NCBI GenBank assembly: GCA_018066865.1
Contig: JAGPVT010000114.1
Coordinates: 945-64,944, forward strand
Length of the DNA stretch: 64,000 nt
Origin: Marinobacter sp.
GTDB taxonomy: Bacteria; Pseudomonadota; Gammaproteobacteria; Pseudomonadales; Oleiphilaceae
Reading direction: 5' to 3'
The position numbers and the translations under genes are program-made. Numbering within the stretch: position 1 is the first letter of the stretch; each line of letters opens with the position of its first letter. The notes under the pieces were generated by a model. The model saw only the letters and a list, made by a program, of their open reading frames with translations. It made no database searches and was not told the DNA's origin. This document shows positions 31,358 to 41,200 of the stretch, one piece after another.

Positions 31358-32359
31358 ATGGGCATGCGTGCAAACACAATTCAGAAGCAGCGACCGGCCT
31401 TGCGCCTGGTCTCCACCAAGGGCCTCAGCCGGGATGAATGGCTAAAGGTACGTAAGCAGGGCATTGGTAGTAGCGATGCCGCTGCGGCCGTTGGCATGAA
31501 CCCTTATCAATCCCAGTTGGAACTCTGGATGGTCAAAACCGGTAGAGATGCTGGCTTACCAAAGCCGGATTCGGACGATCCGACTTCACCGGTTTACTGG
31601 GGCCATATCCTGGAACCGATTGTGGCCGAGCAGTACAGCCAGCAGACGGGCCGGAAAGTGCGCCGGGTGAATGCGGTATTGCAGCATCCAGATCCGGAAA
31701 AGCACTGGATGTTGGCCAATCTAGATTACTCCGTGGTGGCTGATGACGACGTGCAGATCCTGGAATGCAAAACGGCAGGGGAGTTCGGGTCACGCCTCTG
31801 GAAAGAGGGTGTGCCGGACTACATACAATGCCAGGTGCAGCACCAGTTGGCTGTCACCGGCAAACAGGCAGCGGACGTGTGCGTTCTGCTGTGTGGCCAG
31901 GAGTTAAAAATCTACCGCCTTGAAAGGAACGAGGAGCTAATCGAGGCACTTTACGTGCTGGAACGTCAGTTCTGGGATTTCGTGGAAACGGATACCCCAC
32001 CACCAGTCGATGGAACCGATTCTGCTGAACGTGCCTTGCGTCATCTGTACCCAGTAGACAGAGGGGAGACCCTGGACTTCAGCCAAAGCAAGGAGCTGTC
32101 CGATGCATTCGACGAACTGCTGGCCATCCGAAAGGAAATGGAAGCCCTCAGCTCCACCGAATCCCACCTGAAGCAGCGAATTGAGAGCCAGATGGGCGAG
32201 GCCTCTAGGGCAACCTTCCCGAGTGGCAGCGCGAGCTGGAAGCGGAGCAAGGATTCCGTTGGTCTCAACGTGAAACAGCTGCTGAAGGATCAGCCAGAAC
32301 TGCTGGATCAATACCCACTGACGAAGCCAGGAAGCCGTCGATTTCTCATTCAAGCATAA
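31358..32359 (+). CDS. YqaJ-like (lambda exonuclease family) viral recombinase nuclease
   Basis: WLKVRKQGIGSSD, WGHILEP, ANLD, LECKT, QVQHQLAV. Confidence 0.92.
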   Translation: MGMRANTIQKQRPALRLVSTKGLSRDEWLKVRKQGIGSSDAAAAVGMNPYQSQLELWMVKTGRDAGLPKPDSDDPTSPVYWGHILEPIVAEQYSQQTGRKVRRVNAVLQHPDPEKHWMLANLDYSVVADDDVQILECKTAGEFGSRLWKEGVPDYIQCQVQHQLAVTGKQAADVCVLLCGQELKIYRLERNEELIEALYVLERQFWDFVETDTPPPVDGTDSAERALRHLYPVDRGETLDFSQSKELSDAFDELLAIRKEMEALSSTESHLKQRIESQMGEASRATFPSGSASWKRSKDSVGLNVKQLLKDQPELLDQYPLTKPGSRRFLIQA

Positions 32360-32420
32360 ACCCCTTTGGCCACGCGGGCGTGACGAGTGCCCCGTGGCCC
32401 TTTTTCGAAGGAGAGTCACC

Positions 32421-33311
32421 ATGATTAAAGGTTTAGCCATTACGCCTCCGGTATTGGGGCGCATTAGCATTGGCCGGGTTGTTGAAAAGAACGGTATCCG
32501 GCTACCGCAGAAAGACGATCAATTCACCATCACCTCCCAGATCCAGGAAAAGGACACCGGGTGGGTTCTGCATCCCATTGATGAAGAGCTCAGAAAGGAT
32601 GCTCCCAACGGCAAACTGCGAACCATCCCGGTACGCTTGCTGTTCAGCGATGCGGATCTCAACCTGCGGGCGGAGTACACCATGTTCGACCGCAAAAGTG
32701 GGCGACCCATGTGTGTCGGTAACGGCGACACCTGTAAGCGCCTGACGCAATCAGGAGTGCAGTCTTTGCCATGCCCGGGGCCGACGTTGTGTGAGTTCGG
32801 CAAAGGTGGCCTGTGCAAGCCCTATGGCCGCCTGAACGTGAAGGTCGGTGACGACGATGATCTCGGCACCTTCATCTTTCGGACGACTGGCTACAACAGC
32901 ATCCGGACCCTTTCGGCTAGGCTGAGCTATTACCAGGCAATCTCTGGTGGTCTGCTGGCGTACATCCCGTTGGAATTGAAGCTGAGAGGTAAAAGCACGA
33001 CGCAGAGCCATCGGACGCCAATCTACTACGTGGACTTGGTGATCAAGGAAGGGGTGTCACTGCAGGAAGCGGTGGCTGAGGCGCGGGAAAAGGCCAGGCA
33101 GGTGAAGGAGGAGGGCGTTGACCAGGCGGCGCTGGATGCTGCGGCTGCGAAGGGATTTGGTAATGCCCTATTTGAGTATGATGAGGATGAAATAAACCAG
33201 GTGGTTGAGGAGTTTTACCCTGCTGCTGCAGACGAGGATTCGTTGGGTAATAACTCTGTTGTCTCAAGGCTGAGAAAAGACTTAGATTCGAAAAAGCAGG
33301 TACCTATATAG
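32421..33311 (+). CDS. Conserved island protein partnered with YqaJ (Cys-rich; possible recombination accessory factor)
   Basis: MIKGLAITPPVLGRISIG, CVGNG..C, CPGP..C....CKPYGRL, FRTTGYNS; AAGGAG RBS. Confidence 0.7.
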   Translation: MIKGLAITPPVLGRISIGRVVEKNGIRLPQKDDQFTITSQIQEKDTGWVLHPIDEELRKDAPNGKLRTIPVRLLFSDADLNLRAEYTMFDRKSGRPMCVGNGDTCKRLTQSGVQSLPCPGPTLCEFGKGGLCKPYGRLNVKVGDDDDLGTFIFRTTGYNSIRTLSARLSYYQAISGGLLAYIPLELKLRGKSTTQSHRTPIYYVDLVIKEGVSLQEAVAEAREKARQVKEEGVDQAALDAAAAKGFGNALFEYDEDEINQVVEEFYPAAADEDSLGNNSVVSRLRKDLDSKKQVPI

Positions 33312-33403
33312 CGTCTTTTTGAGCGGTCCAAATGGGCCGCTCATGAGTGGCTATTTAACTTTTTTTTGGTTGTCACATTTCCAATCGGCTTAAGTATCAT
33401 AAA

Positions 33404-35692
33404 TTAATGCACGGTAACGTAACGAGAAATATTGTCCAAGCTTTGAGAAACATTTGTTGATTCAAATTCCCTCGCGATTTCGGCGATCGAAACATCGTGC
33501 CCATCTTTTGGATCTTTGAATGTTTTTTGGATATCTGCACCAGCTACCACCATTGCATCGAAAAGCTCTCTTTCATCGAGTTCCACCGCCAACATCAATG
33601 GTGTATATCCCTTGATTGGGCTTGCATGCTCTGCATCGACGTCAGCCCCTGATTCGATCAAAAGCATTGCAATTTTCCGCAACGCTTTGGCACTCGTGTT
33701 TTCGAGGATATTTTTATACATTGCATCAAGAAAAAGCTCGGCAGCTATTTTAGATAGCCCAGTTGCAGTATTTTTCAGTAACGATCGTTTCTGTTGTTCC
33801 ATAGTGAAACCAGACATGCCTTGTGCCTGTCGACGTATTGAGTCGAGTGCTTCTGGAGTAATCGGCATAGACATTTGATGCTTTTTAGACAGTTCGGGGT
33901 TTTTTACAATTCCTATGAGCTTGAGGCACACGTTCAACGCAGTTTGCTCATCTGTTTTGCCTCGACCCCTTGGATCTGCGCCCATGCTCAGAACCGCTTG
34001 AACCACGTCGACCCTGCCAGACTCAACTGCTGATATGATGGGCAAAAGTCTTTTCTTCTGAGTTCTTTTATTGAGTGTATTTGGGTTATGTGGAATGTCT
34101 TTCAGAAAATGAAATAACTGATCATCCAGTGTTCTGTAGAGAGGGCCGCCTAGAACAAGATTTGCTTCGTTCACTTCGGTGATGTTTAAGGCTTCTAGGG
34201 CCATTAATATCGGGGTGTCACCAACTTCAGAAGAAACGTTAACATCTGCGCCTTTTTCAATTAATTTCTTACATACTGAGACGTCTTCGTTGATTGCAAA
34301 CCAAACTAATTGAGGCATAACTCTTTGCCAAGTTTCGCCAACCTTCATATTTCTATTAACATTGCGATAGTCTGGCTTAATTTTAGAAATATCTGTAAAT
34401 ACCAGCGGACCGATAGTTACCTGAGAAATTTTGTGATCGACTCCAGGAAATAGGCCGTCCTTAGGAAAAACCGTGCTGAAACCTGATTTCCATAGGTCCA
34501 TCTCCCAGTCCTCAATTGTGTCAGTTACCTTTTGAGATGGTTTGTTATTTCTGATGGATGGTATGTCGTACCCAAAATTGATGAGTGACCATTTCAGTTG
34601 CTTGAGAAAAACTCGGTCAGGATTTGGTAAACAGGCTGCTACTGAAATCGATTCCTCAGCTATGAGTCTTTGATTGTCTCCAGCGCAAAAAAGTGCGCCA
34701 TAAAATGCGCATTTATATAATTCGCTGGCATTCTGCAAATCGCCAGCGAATACATGCCAACGAGCATCGTGCCAGTCAATCCAATACTGGGTAGATAGTA
34801 AGACGTTGGACGCCAAGATCTGCTCCCTGACCTGATCAATTATTATTCGATATGTACCAGGCTCCCGTTTTTTGACCGTCCGCCTTAAGTCATTTTGTAA
34901 TCGAGCTATGAGGCGAATTTCAGGCCCTAATTTTCTTTGCGTGACTTCTTGTTGCATTTTAATCGCGGACCCAACTGATACTTGGTCATCTGCACCCCAT
35001 AATGCCAATCGTGCCTCATCCAGTAATAACGGACCTAAAGGTTGCCCTTTAATAAAATCTATTGCTCTTGAAATAAAAAGGAGAGTCTTAATTTTTTCCC
35101 AATTTACATCGACAGGTCGATCGGATGTGTCGGTTTCACTTAATAGCAATATCGATCGCGAGGAGGGTAGCTCAATGCCTCTGTTCCAGGAAGATATCAT
35201 GTCCTTGCGCTCTTTCTTGAGGCTGGATAAATGAACGCTCCACTGTGGTGTTTTTTCATCGATCCACGCCAGAACTTTGCCGACAGTGCTTCCGTGGCTT
35301 GAAAACCAGATGCTGGGGTGGGGGCCGCCAACCTCTTCGTGAATCTCACCCATCAACTCTGTGACTCCATCTTTAATGCAGGTCTTGATCAGGATTTTAA
35401 GAACTGATTCACGGGTCAATCCGTCCGCAGGTATCCTGCCTACGATTTGGTGCAAATATTTTTCTAGAAATCTGTTTAGGGTTCTCAAGGTAGCTTCTGC
35501 AGTTACTGGTCCCATAAACTTCTTGGTAACGACGAAAAAATCCGTCTCAACAGCTGCACGTAGTTCTCTCGGGTCATATGTTCCCTTTCCGGCCAGCTCA
35601 TCTAGACGCTTGTTAGACTGCTTTAGGTCTAAAGCGCGCAAAATACAGCGCAATATTTCGAAAGGATTTGGGTATGGAGAATCAGCCTGCAT
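33404..35692 (-). CDS. Ankyrin-repeat protein with a long N-terminal region (possible HTH and TPR-like segments)
   Basis: 762 aa; LIEKGADVN..GDTPILMA, PIISAVESGRVDVVQAVLSMGADP, LIESGADVD..GYTPLMLAVE. Confidence 0.85.
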   Translation of the reverse strand: MQADSPYPNPFEILRCILRALDLKQSNKRLDELAGKGTYDPRELRAAVETDFFVVTKKFMGPVTAEATLRTLNRFLEKYLHQIVGRIPADGLTRESVLKILIKTCIKDGVTELMGEIHEEVGGPHPSIWFSSHGSTVGKVLAWIDEKTPQWSVHLSSLKKERKDMISSWNRGIELPSSRSILLLSETDTSDRPVDVNWEKIKTLLFISRAIDFIKGQPLGPLLLDEARLALWGADDQVSVGSAIKMQQEVTQRKLGPEIRLIARLQNDLRRTVKKREPGTYRIIIDQVREQILASNVLLSTQYWIDWHDARWHVFAGDLQNASELYKCAFYGALFCAGDNQRLIAEESISVAACLPNPDRVFLKQLKWSLINFGYDIPSIRNNKPSQKVTDTIEDWEMDLWKSGFSTVFPKDGLFPGVDHKISQVTIGPLVFTDISKIKPDYRNVNRNMKVGETWQRVMPQLVWFAINEDVSVCKKLIEKGADVNVSSEVGDTPILMALEALNITEVNEANLVLGGPLYRTLDDQLFHFLKDIPHNPNTLNKRTQKKRLLPIISAVESGRVDVVQAVLSMGADPRGRGKTDEQTALNVCLKLIGIVKNPELSKKHQMSMPITPEALDSIRRQAQGMSGFTMEQQKRSLLKNTATGLSKIAAELFLDAMYKNILENTSAKALRKIAMLLIESGADVDAEHASPIKGYTPLMLAVELDERELFDAMVVAGADIQKTFKDPKDGHDVSIAEIAREFESTNVSQSLDNISRYVTVH

Positions 35693-35903
35693 TGAACCTA
35701 CCCTGTCGGTTGCTTATGTGTTTTATATCTCGGTTGAAGTTGTACCATGCTCTCACGTCACTTGGTGTAGATGGGACGGTTAGGCGGGTGCCACCAGGAG
35801 AAATTATTGATGCATGTTTTTTCCCATTTCTGACTGTCCAGCCGGACCTGATCAAAGTACGAACTGTCTGATTGATGTCTTTATCATTACTATACCGCTT
35901 CAC
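35682..35903 (-). CDS. HicA-like small protein (putative RNase toxin)
   Basis: 73 aa; LIRSGWTVRNGKKH...PGGTRLTVPSTPSD; GGAGGTG RBS plus GTG; overlaps the ankyrin gene start by 11 bp. Confidence 0.7.
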   Translation of the reverse strand: MKRYSNDKDINQTVRTLIRSGWTVRNGKKHASIISPGGTRLTVPSTPSDVRAWYNFNRDIKHISNRQGRFNAG

Positions 35904-35918
35904 GCTTCACCTCCAAGG

Positions 35919-35951
35919 AAAGGTCAGCTTCTCATCAGGAAGCTGACCTTT
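35919..35951 (-). terminator. 13-bp perfect hairpin between the peptide gene and the HicA-like gene
   Basis: aaaggtcagcttc-tcatcag-gaagctgaccttt; ends 4 nt before the HicA-like RBS. Confidence 0.65.
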
Positions 35952-35961
35952 TCATCACGAT

Positions 35962-36096
35962 TTATTTGCCCTTATTGGAGGGAGCGTTGCCGCGACCACC
36001 GCCCGACTTGTTGCCAGTCGTGGCAGGCCAGTTACCACCTGGACCTTTGTGACTTGAAGGACCGCGACCGCCTTTGTTCGAGTTTGATTTTGCCAT
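35962..36096 (-). CDS. 44-aa Gly/Lys/Asn/Ser-rich basic peptide
   Basis: AAGAGGA RBS 7 nt before ATG 36096; MAKSNSNKGGRGPSSHKGPGGNWPATTGNKSGGGRGNAPSNKGK. Confidence 0.7.
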   Translation of the reverse strand: MAKSNSNKGGRGPSSHKGPGGNWPATTGNKSGGGRGNAPSNKGK

Positions 36097-36195
36097 TGTG
36101 ATTTCCTCTTTGTTGATGCACCCAGGATTGGGTAAGTGCAGAGTACGTCGCAAGGCGAAATGCATCAGCTAGGCAGTCGGCTGAAAAATTCTGGA

Positions 36196-36214
36196 TTTTA
36201 CACATCGTGTAAAA
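36196..36214. promoter_or_regulatory. Operator-like palindrome TTTTACAC-atc-GTGTAAAA
   Basis: Perfect 8-3-8 inverted repeat in the divergent promoter region; overlaps a minus-strand TAAAAT -10-like hexamer. Confidence 0.55.
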
Positions 36215-36502
36215 AATTAATGAAAACAACAGAGTGTTGCGGCTGAGGAGCGCAACTGACTGCGTAGTGGTATCCATCCATAAATCTCTGACGCGAGTCG
36301 GCTTCCAGGCCATAAAGAATTCAAGCGATCACATGGCAAGGAATTACCAGTTAGTCTAACCTACTGATTGAATGGCGGGAGTCGCACCTATGCAGGCCTT
36401 TTCCTCATCAGCAAACTCAATTCGGAAACACGTCTTTACGATGTGATAGCGCTCGGTTTAAATCCTATTCAAGCCCAAAAGCAAGGAAGCGGGGATGTAT
36501 CC

Positions 36503-37105
36503 TTGAAAACCAATTATGTACTAATTGACTTTGAAAACGTGCAGCCGAAAAACCTTGAACTGCTCAAGGGTCATGGCTTCAAAGTGATCGTTTTTGTCGG
36601 TTCGAAGCAGGTGAAAATTTCGTTCGATCTCGCTTGTGCAATGCAGGCTCTCGGCCCTGATGCCGAATACGTAAAAATTGAGGGAAATGGGCCAAACGCT
36701 CTGGACTTCCATATCGCGTTCTACATTGGGAACATCGCGGCAAAAGATCCCGATTGCTACTTCCATGTCATTTCAAAGGACACCGGCTTTGATCCGCTGA
36801 TCAAGCACCTGAAAACTAAAAAAATCTACGCTCAGCGAGAAAAGGATATCTCCGAAATCCCACTTCTCAAGATTGCTAACTCCAAGTCTATGGCTGAGCG
36901 TATCGATGCTATCGTTGAATTTCTTAAAGCCCGCGGATCGGCCAAGCCAAGAGCCGTAAAAACGCTATCTAATTCAGTGAATTCCCTATTTATGAAGAGG
37001 CTCGAAGAGGAGGAGTTGGCGAACATCATGGATGAGCTCGTGCGCCAGAAAATCGTTGTTACGAATGGGTCGAAGGTAAGTTACCAGTTACCCGGGAAGT
37101 CGTGA
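36503..37105 (+). CDS. PIN/NYN-like domain protein with C-terminal helical extension
   Basis: VLIDFENVQ, GPNALDFHIAFYIG, ISKDTGFD acidic PIN motifs; TTG 36503 is the likely start. Confidence 0.85.
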   Translation: MKTNYVLIDFENVQPKNLELLKGHGFKVIVFVGSKQVKISFDLACAMQALGPDAEYVKIEGNGPNALDFHIAFYIGNIAAKDPDCYFHVISKDTGFDPLIKHLKTKKIYAQREKDISEIPLLKIANSKSMAERIDAIVEFLKARGSAKPRAVKTLSNSVNSLFMKRLEEEELANIMDELVRQKIVVTNGSKVSYQLPGKS

Positions 37106-37169
37106 CACGTGTTTTGGGCTGAAGAGGCCCACTGACGAAAAACTGCGTTAGGACCAAGGAGAAGCAGCA

Positions 37170-37889
37170 GTGACTAGGTTACCGATGCCGCTATATCACG
37201 GGACGTCTACTTTATTTTTGAAGGGGATACTTGACGCAGGATTGGGCGGGAAAAATCCCATTGAGTCTTGGGGTGTTTTTAGCTTCGTTGAAGAACTCTG
37301 GCCACTTGTAGAAAAAAATCTCGCTAAAGAAGAAGAGTTCATGCTGCGAGCGGATGCCTTCTCAAGAATGGTCAACCAGACATCTACCGCGATGAATTTC
37401 CAGCATGGCGACACTTACCTCTCGCCAAGCCAGATGACGGCAGCTCGGTATGCGTCAAACAAGCCCTACGGTTCCGAAATTCTAAGCTATGCACTGGAAT
37501 TTCTTGAGGAATTGGTTCGTAGAAAAGTGGATGGCGTTACAGATGGGCTCTACCAACGGCATCCGAAAATCTTTGACTTTATGAATATTTCTCCTGCTCC
37601 ATTGATTATTGAAGTTGTAAATTGCCCTGTGGAATGGCTAGTCACGGAAAATGGTGGAAATGCCGGTGACCAGGTAGAACAAATTGTTAACTTCTGGAAC
37701 TCTGACAAAAGAATGCTCGAAATTATCGGTCAGCAAACGAACTTTCGGCTTACAAATCCAATCGGAGCTGACGGTCTGAGAATTTGGCTGCTCAATGTTT
37801 TGCGATGGCGCAATTTCAACCCTGAGTATCAAAAGTTTTTGCTTGATTTGAGTGACGTACCAGGCGGCGGTTTACCCGTAAATGCATGA
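37170..37889 (+). CDS. Hypothetical protein with ADP-ribosyltransferase-like motifs
   Basis: LYHGTS...ILDAGL, later YLS....AARYA; AAGGAG RBS plus GTG. Confidence 0.6.
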   Translation: MTRLPMPLYHGTSTLFLKGILDAGLGGKNPIESWGVFSFVEELWPLVEKNLAKEEEFMLRADAFSRMVNQTSTAMNFQHGDTYLSPSQMTAARYASNKPYGSEILSYALEFLEELVRRKVDGVTDGLYQRHPKIFDFMNISPAPLIIEVVNCPVEWLVTENGGNAGDQVEQIVNFWNSDKRMLEIIGQQTNFRLTNPIGADGLRIWLLNVLRWRNFNPEYQKFLLDLSDVPGGGLPVNA

Positions 37890-38217
37890 TAAATTTCTTT
37901 CCATTTGGGTCTTGTGGGAAGCGCAAGTGAGCGATACGGACAGCTTTTTAGCGGAAATGGCGATCCGGGTATCGGCTCAGAAAATACGTCGACAACTCAG
38001 CGAGATCTTGAAAGGGGGTCCATATAACCCGGATCTATTGGATTCGCAGATCAGGCGCGGCGTTTCTCGCTGCGTCGCAAATCATCGGGGTGATGTGTAT
38101 CAAGGTCACTATCCTAGTCAGGGCAATGACTTGGTGTTTGGTGTAACCTCTATCGACACTCAAGATGTAGCGGGTTACCTGATGAAGTGGTCTGGACTCG
38201 ACGAGCTGGTAGGCTGA
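37882..38217 (+). CDS. Hypothetical protein
   Basis: 111-aa ORF overlapping the upstream stop by 8 bp and filling the gap to the DUF499 gene. Confidence 0.55.
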   Translation: MHDKFLSIWVLWEAQVSDTDSFLAEMAIRVSAQKIRRQLSEILKGGPYNPDLLDSQIRRGVSRCVANHRGDVYQGHYPSQGNDLVFGVTSIDTQDVAGYLMKWSGLDELVG

Positions 38218-38260
38218 GCGTTTTCGACATAAATAAGACCAGGGACCAAAGAGGTCATTA

Positions 38261-41200
38261 ATGAAAGATGTACTAGCAACGTGTAAACCTCGCCCAGAAA
38301 TCCTAGCGGGCACCTTCAACCCAGCCATATTTACGGCACGCCTGAGTCAGGTATTAGATGATTATCGGGATGGAAAGGCAGTAGAAGGTGCTGATTCGCT
38401 CTACTCAGATCCCATGGCGTTTTTTCGTGATGCGACCCATCCAACTCAGGGGCTGTGTTCCATTGTCGACAATGCGATGGCTCGTCTCGTGGAAGGCGAC
38501 AAGTCGCGGCCAGCTATGCAACGCCTAGACACAGCTTTCGGCGGAGGTAAGACTCACACGCTGATCGCACTGACCCACGTTGCTAAGCAGGGCGCTCGGT
38601 TGGAGTCTGTTACTCAAAGCATTTTGCCAGCCAATCGACTGCCAGAGCCTGGTGCTATACGGGTGGTTGGTATTATTGGGGATACCGTGGACACCCTGCG
38701 GGAGACCACAGGGGGTACAGAGCCCAAGCCAAATACACTCTGGTGGTTGATTGCTCAGCAAACCCTGGAAGCAGACGAACAACAGCCTATATCGTCGCGT
38801 TTGGACAGTGCGGCTTCACCGGGTTCGCCCGAGTTTTTCGATACGCTTTTTGGCGGCAAAAAAACCGTTTTGATTGTTGATGAAATTGCTCAATACCTTT
38901 CCAGGATGGAAGCGGCTTTCCCAGGTCAAGGGGCAGAGCAGGCAGCTGCATTTCTAATGGCGCTCTCTACTTATGCTGAGGGTAACGACAATCTTGTAAT
39001 CGTAATCAGCCTAGCCTCAGCAACCAATGCCTTTGGCGACTTCAACAAAATGATGAACAACCTCATGTCGACCCATAACATGACGGAGCAGCAGGCTGAA
39101 GCAACCACAGAAGCAGCTCACAAGGTTGTAATGGACGTGGTATCCCGGGCATCAGAATCCACCACGCCCGTCCAGGAAGGCGATCTATCCCGGATCATGG
39201 CCAAGCGACTGTTTGTCACCGTTGATCATGGAGCCGCAGCTGAAGTAGCTGATGCGTTCATTGAAACTTATCGGCAAGCAGGTTCAGATCTGCCGGCAGA
39301 GACGAAAAATGCAGAGTTGCGGGATCAGCTTGTTACTCATTATCCGTTCCACCCCACATTGATTGAGTTTCTGTCGCAGAAACTTGCGCTCGTAGAGAGG
39401 TTCCAGGGTACCCGGGGCCTGCTCCGAACTTTAGCACGAGTCGTGCGTAGGGTTTGGGAAGCCAAACTCAGCATCCCACTGATCCAGAGTGGGCATATTG
39501 ATCTGGCAGATGGCACCATTCGAGGCGAACTACTTGGTCAAACCAACAATACCGATTTCACAGCCGTGCTGGATTCGGATATCAGCAAAGCCTCGGGGAC
39601 ACAATCTGCCGGCCAAACGGTCGCCAATATGCTCGATACAATCAATCCCCATCCGGAAGGGTATCCGGTCCACGAATGGGCCTGGCGGGTGGTGTTCCTT
39701 CACAGCTTGGTCGGCCGGGGTGGTGGTCTCAACGACGACAAATTCGGTATCGATATTACCTCTGCCATCTATGAAATGGCCTCTCCATCGATTAAGCCGG
39801 CTACTGTGCGGTCGGCGCTGGAAACCATTGAGCGCGAGGCTAACTACCTGCGTGCGCGGGAAAACCGGCTCTACGCAGATACAGTACCCACACTGAACAA
39901 TATCCTCCGTCGCATTGAGGCTAATGTGTTGCCTGAAGAGGCTATGGAGCGTGCTGAGCAGGTGGTTCGTGGACTCATCAAGTCCAGCCTGTTCGATATA
40001 CGAGCCAACATTTCGGCTAGCGACGAAATACCGGACAAGGTGAACAAACCCCAGCTTGGCATCGTGGCCTTCAACGTGGAGAACCTGAAACCCTCTGAGT
40101 TCATTGAGCGTCGTTCAGATGCTCCGCGGCAGTACCAGAATCTCGTATTTCTGCTGGTGCCGAGTACAGTCCATCTGGATGGGCAGCATTGGAATGAACA
40201 GCGTACCCGACAAGAACATCGAACACGCCAGAACATATTGGCGCTGGCAGGAAAAGCCATCGCCATCGAGCGTTTGAAAGCCGATCCGGATAACTGGGGC
40301 GTACGCCACGACCAACTGAACAAAGATGAATTTAAACAAAGGGCGGCGAAAAGCCCGCAAGAGCTAAGAACCGCTATTGATGAAGCCTACCGCTACCTTG
40401 TTTACCCGGGGCGTGACGGCGGAATCATCGTCACCCGCGATCTTGGAAAGCGAGGTAGTGGCCCCACAGCTGGCGGCTCCAGTGGATTGCATCTGGAAGA
40501 CGCCATTCTTAAGCAGCTGGCGGATGAAGGTGAGCTGATTACAGAGGAGCGCGCGACAACTCAGGAGGTCTGTTTGCTTCTCGGAAAGCTGATTTTTGAA
40601 AATCACAAGCAAACAGACGTAGCTAGAATTGTCGAAGGGTTTGCGACACGTCGGCACTGGCCAATATTGCAACGCCCTGGTTTGCTTACTGATGTACTGC
40701 GCGAAGGAGCAAACCGGGGGATCTGGTGTGTGGGCCATCTTCCGGACAAGAACGCACCCAAGCCAGATAGCCTTTATCACAAAGATAACCCTGTTCCCAT
40801 TACCGAAGAGCTGGACGGCGAGGGCTGGATTGTTTGTACTAAAGAGCACGCCAAGCAACTCGGCTGGCTCGAAAGCATTGTTCGGAATCCAGATACCATC
40901 GCCAAATGGGCAGAACAGGCCATCGAAACCGCAGTGGAGCTGGATACAGACAAACTGCAGGAAGTTGTTCAGAACGAGCATGACAAAATCGACCCGAACA
41001 TTCTGAAGGACCAACTCACAAACCTGTTGGCTCAGAAAAAAGTGGTCGCCTATCCGAAGACAAGCTTCAAGGATGGCAAACCAGACCCTGAACAGGCGCA
41101 GACTGGTAGCAACATACCGTTGGAAGGCGTCAAAGGCGCGGTAGTGGTACCCTATCACGTTGCTCAGGAGCGCGGCTGGATTAAAGTGGTTCAGGCCCAG

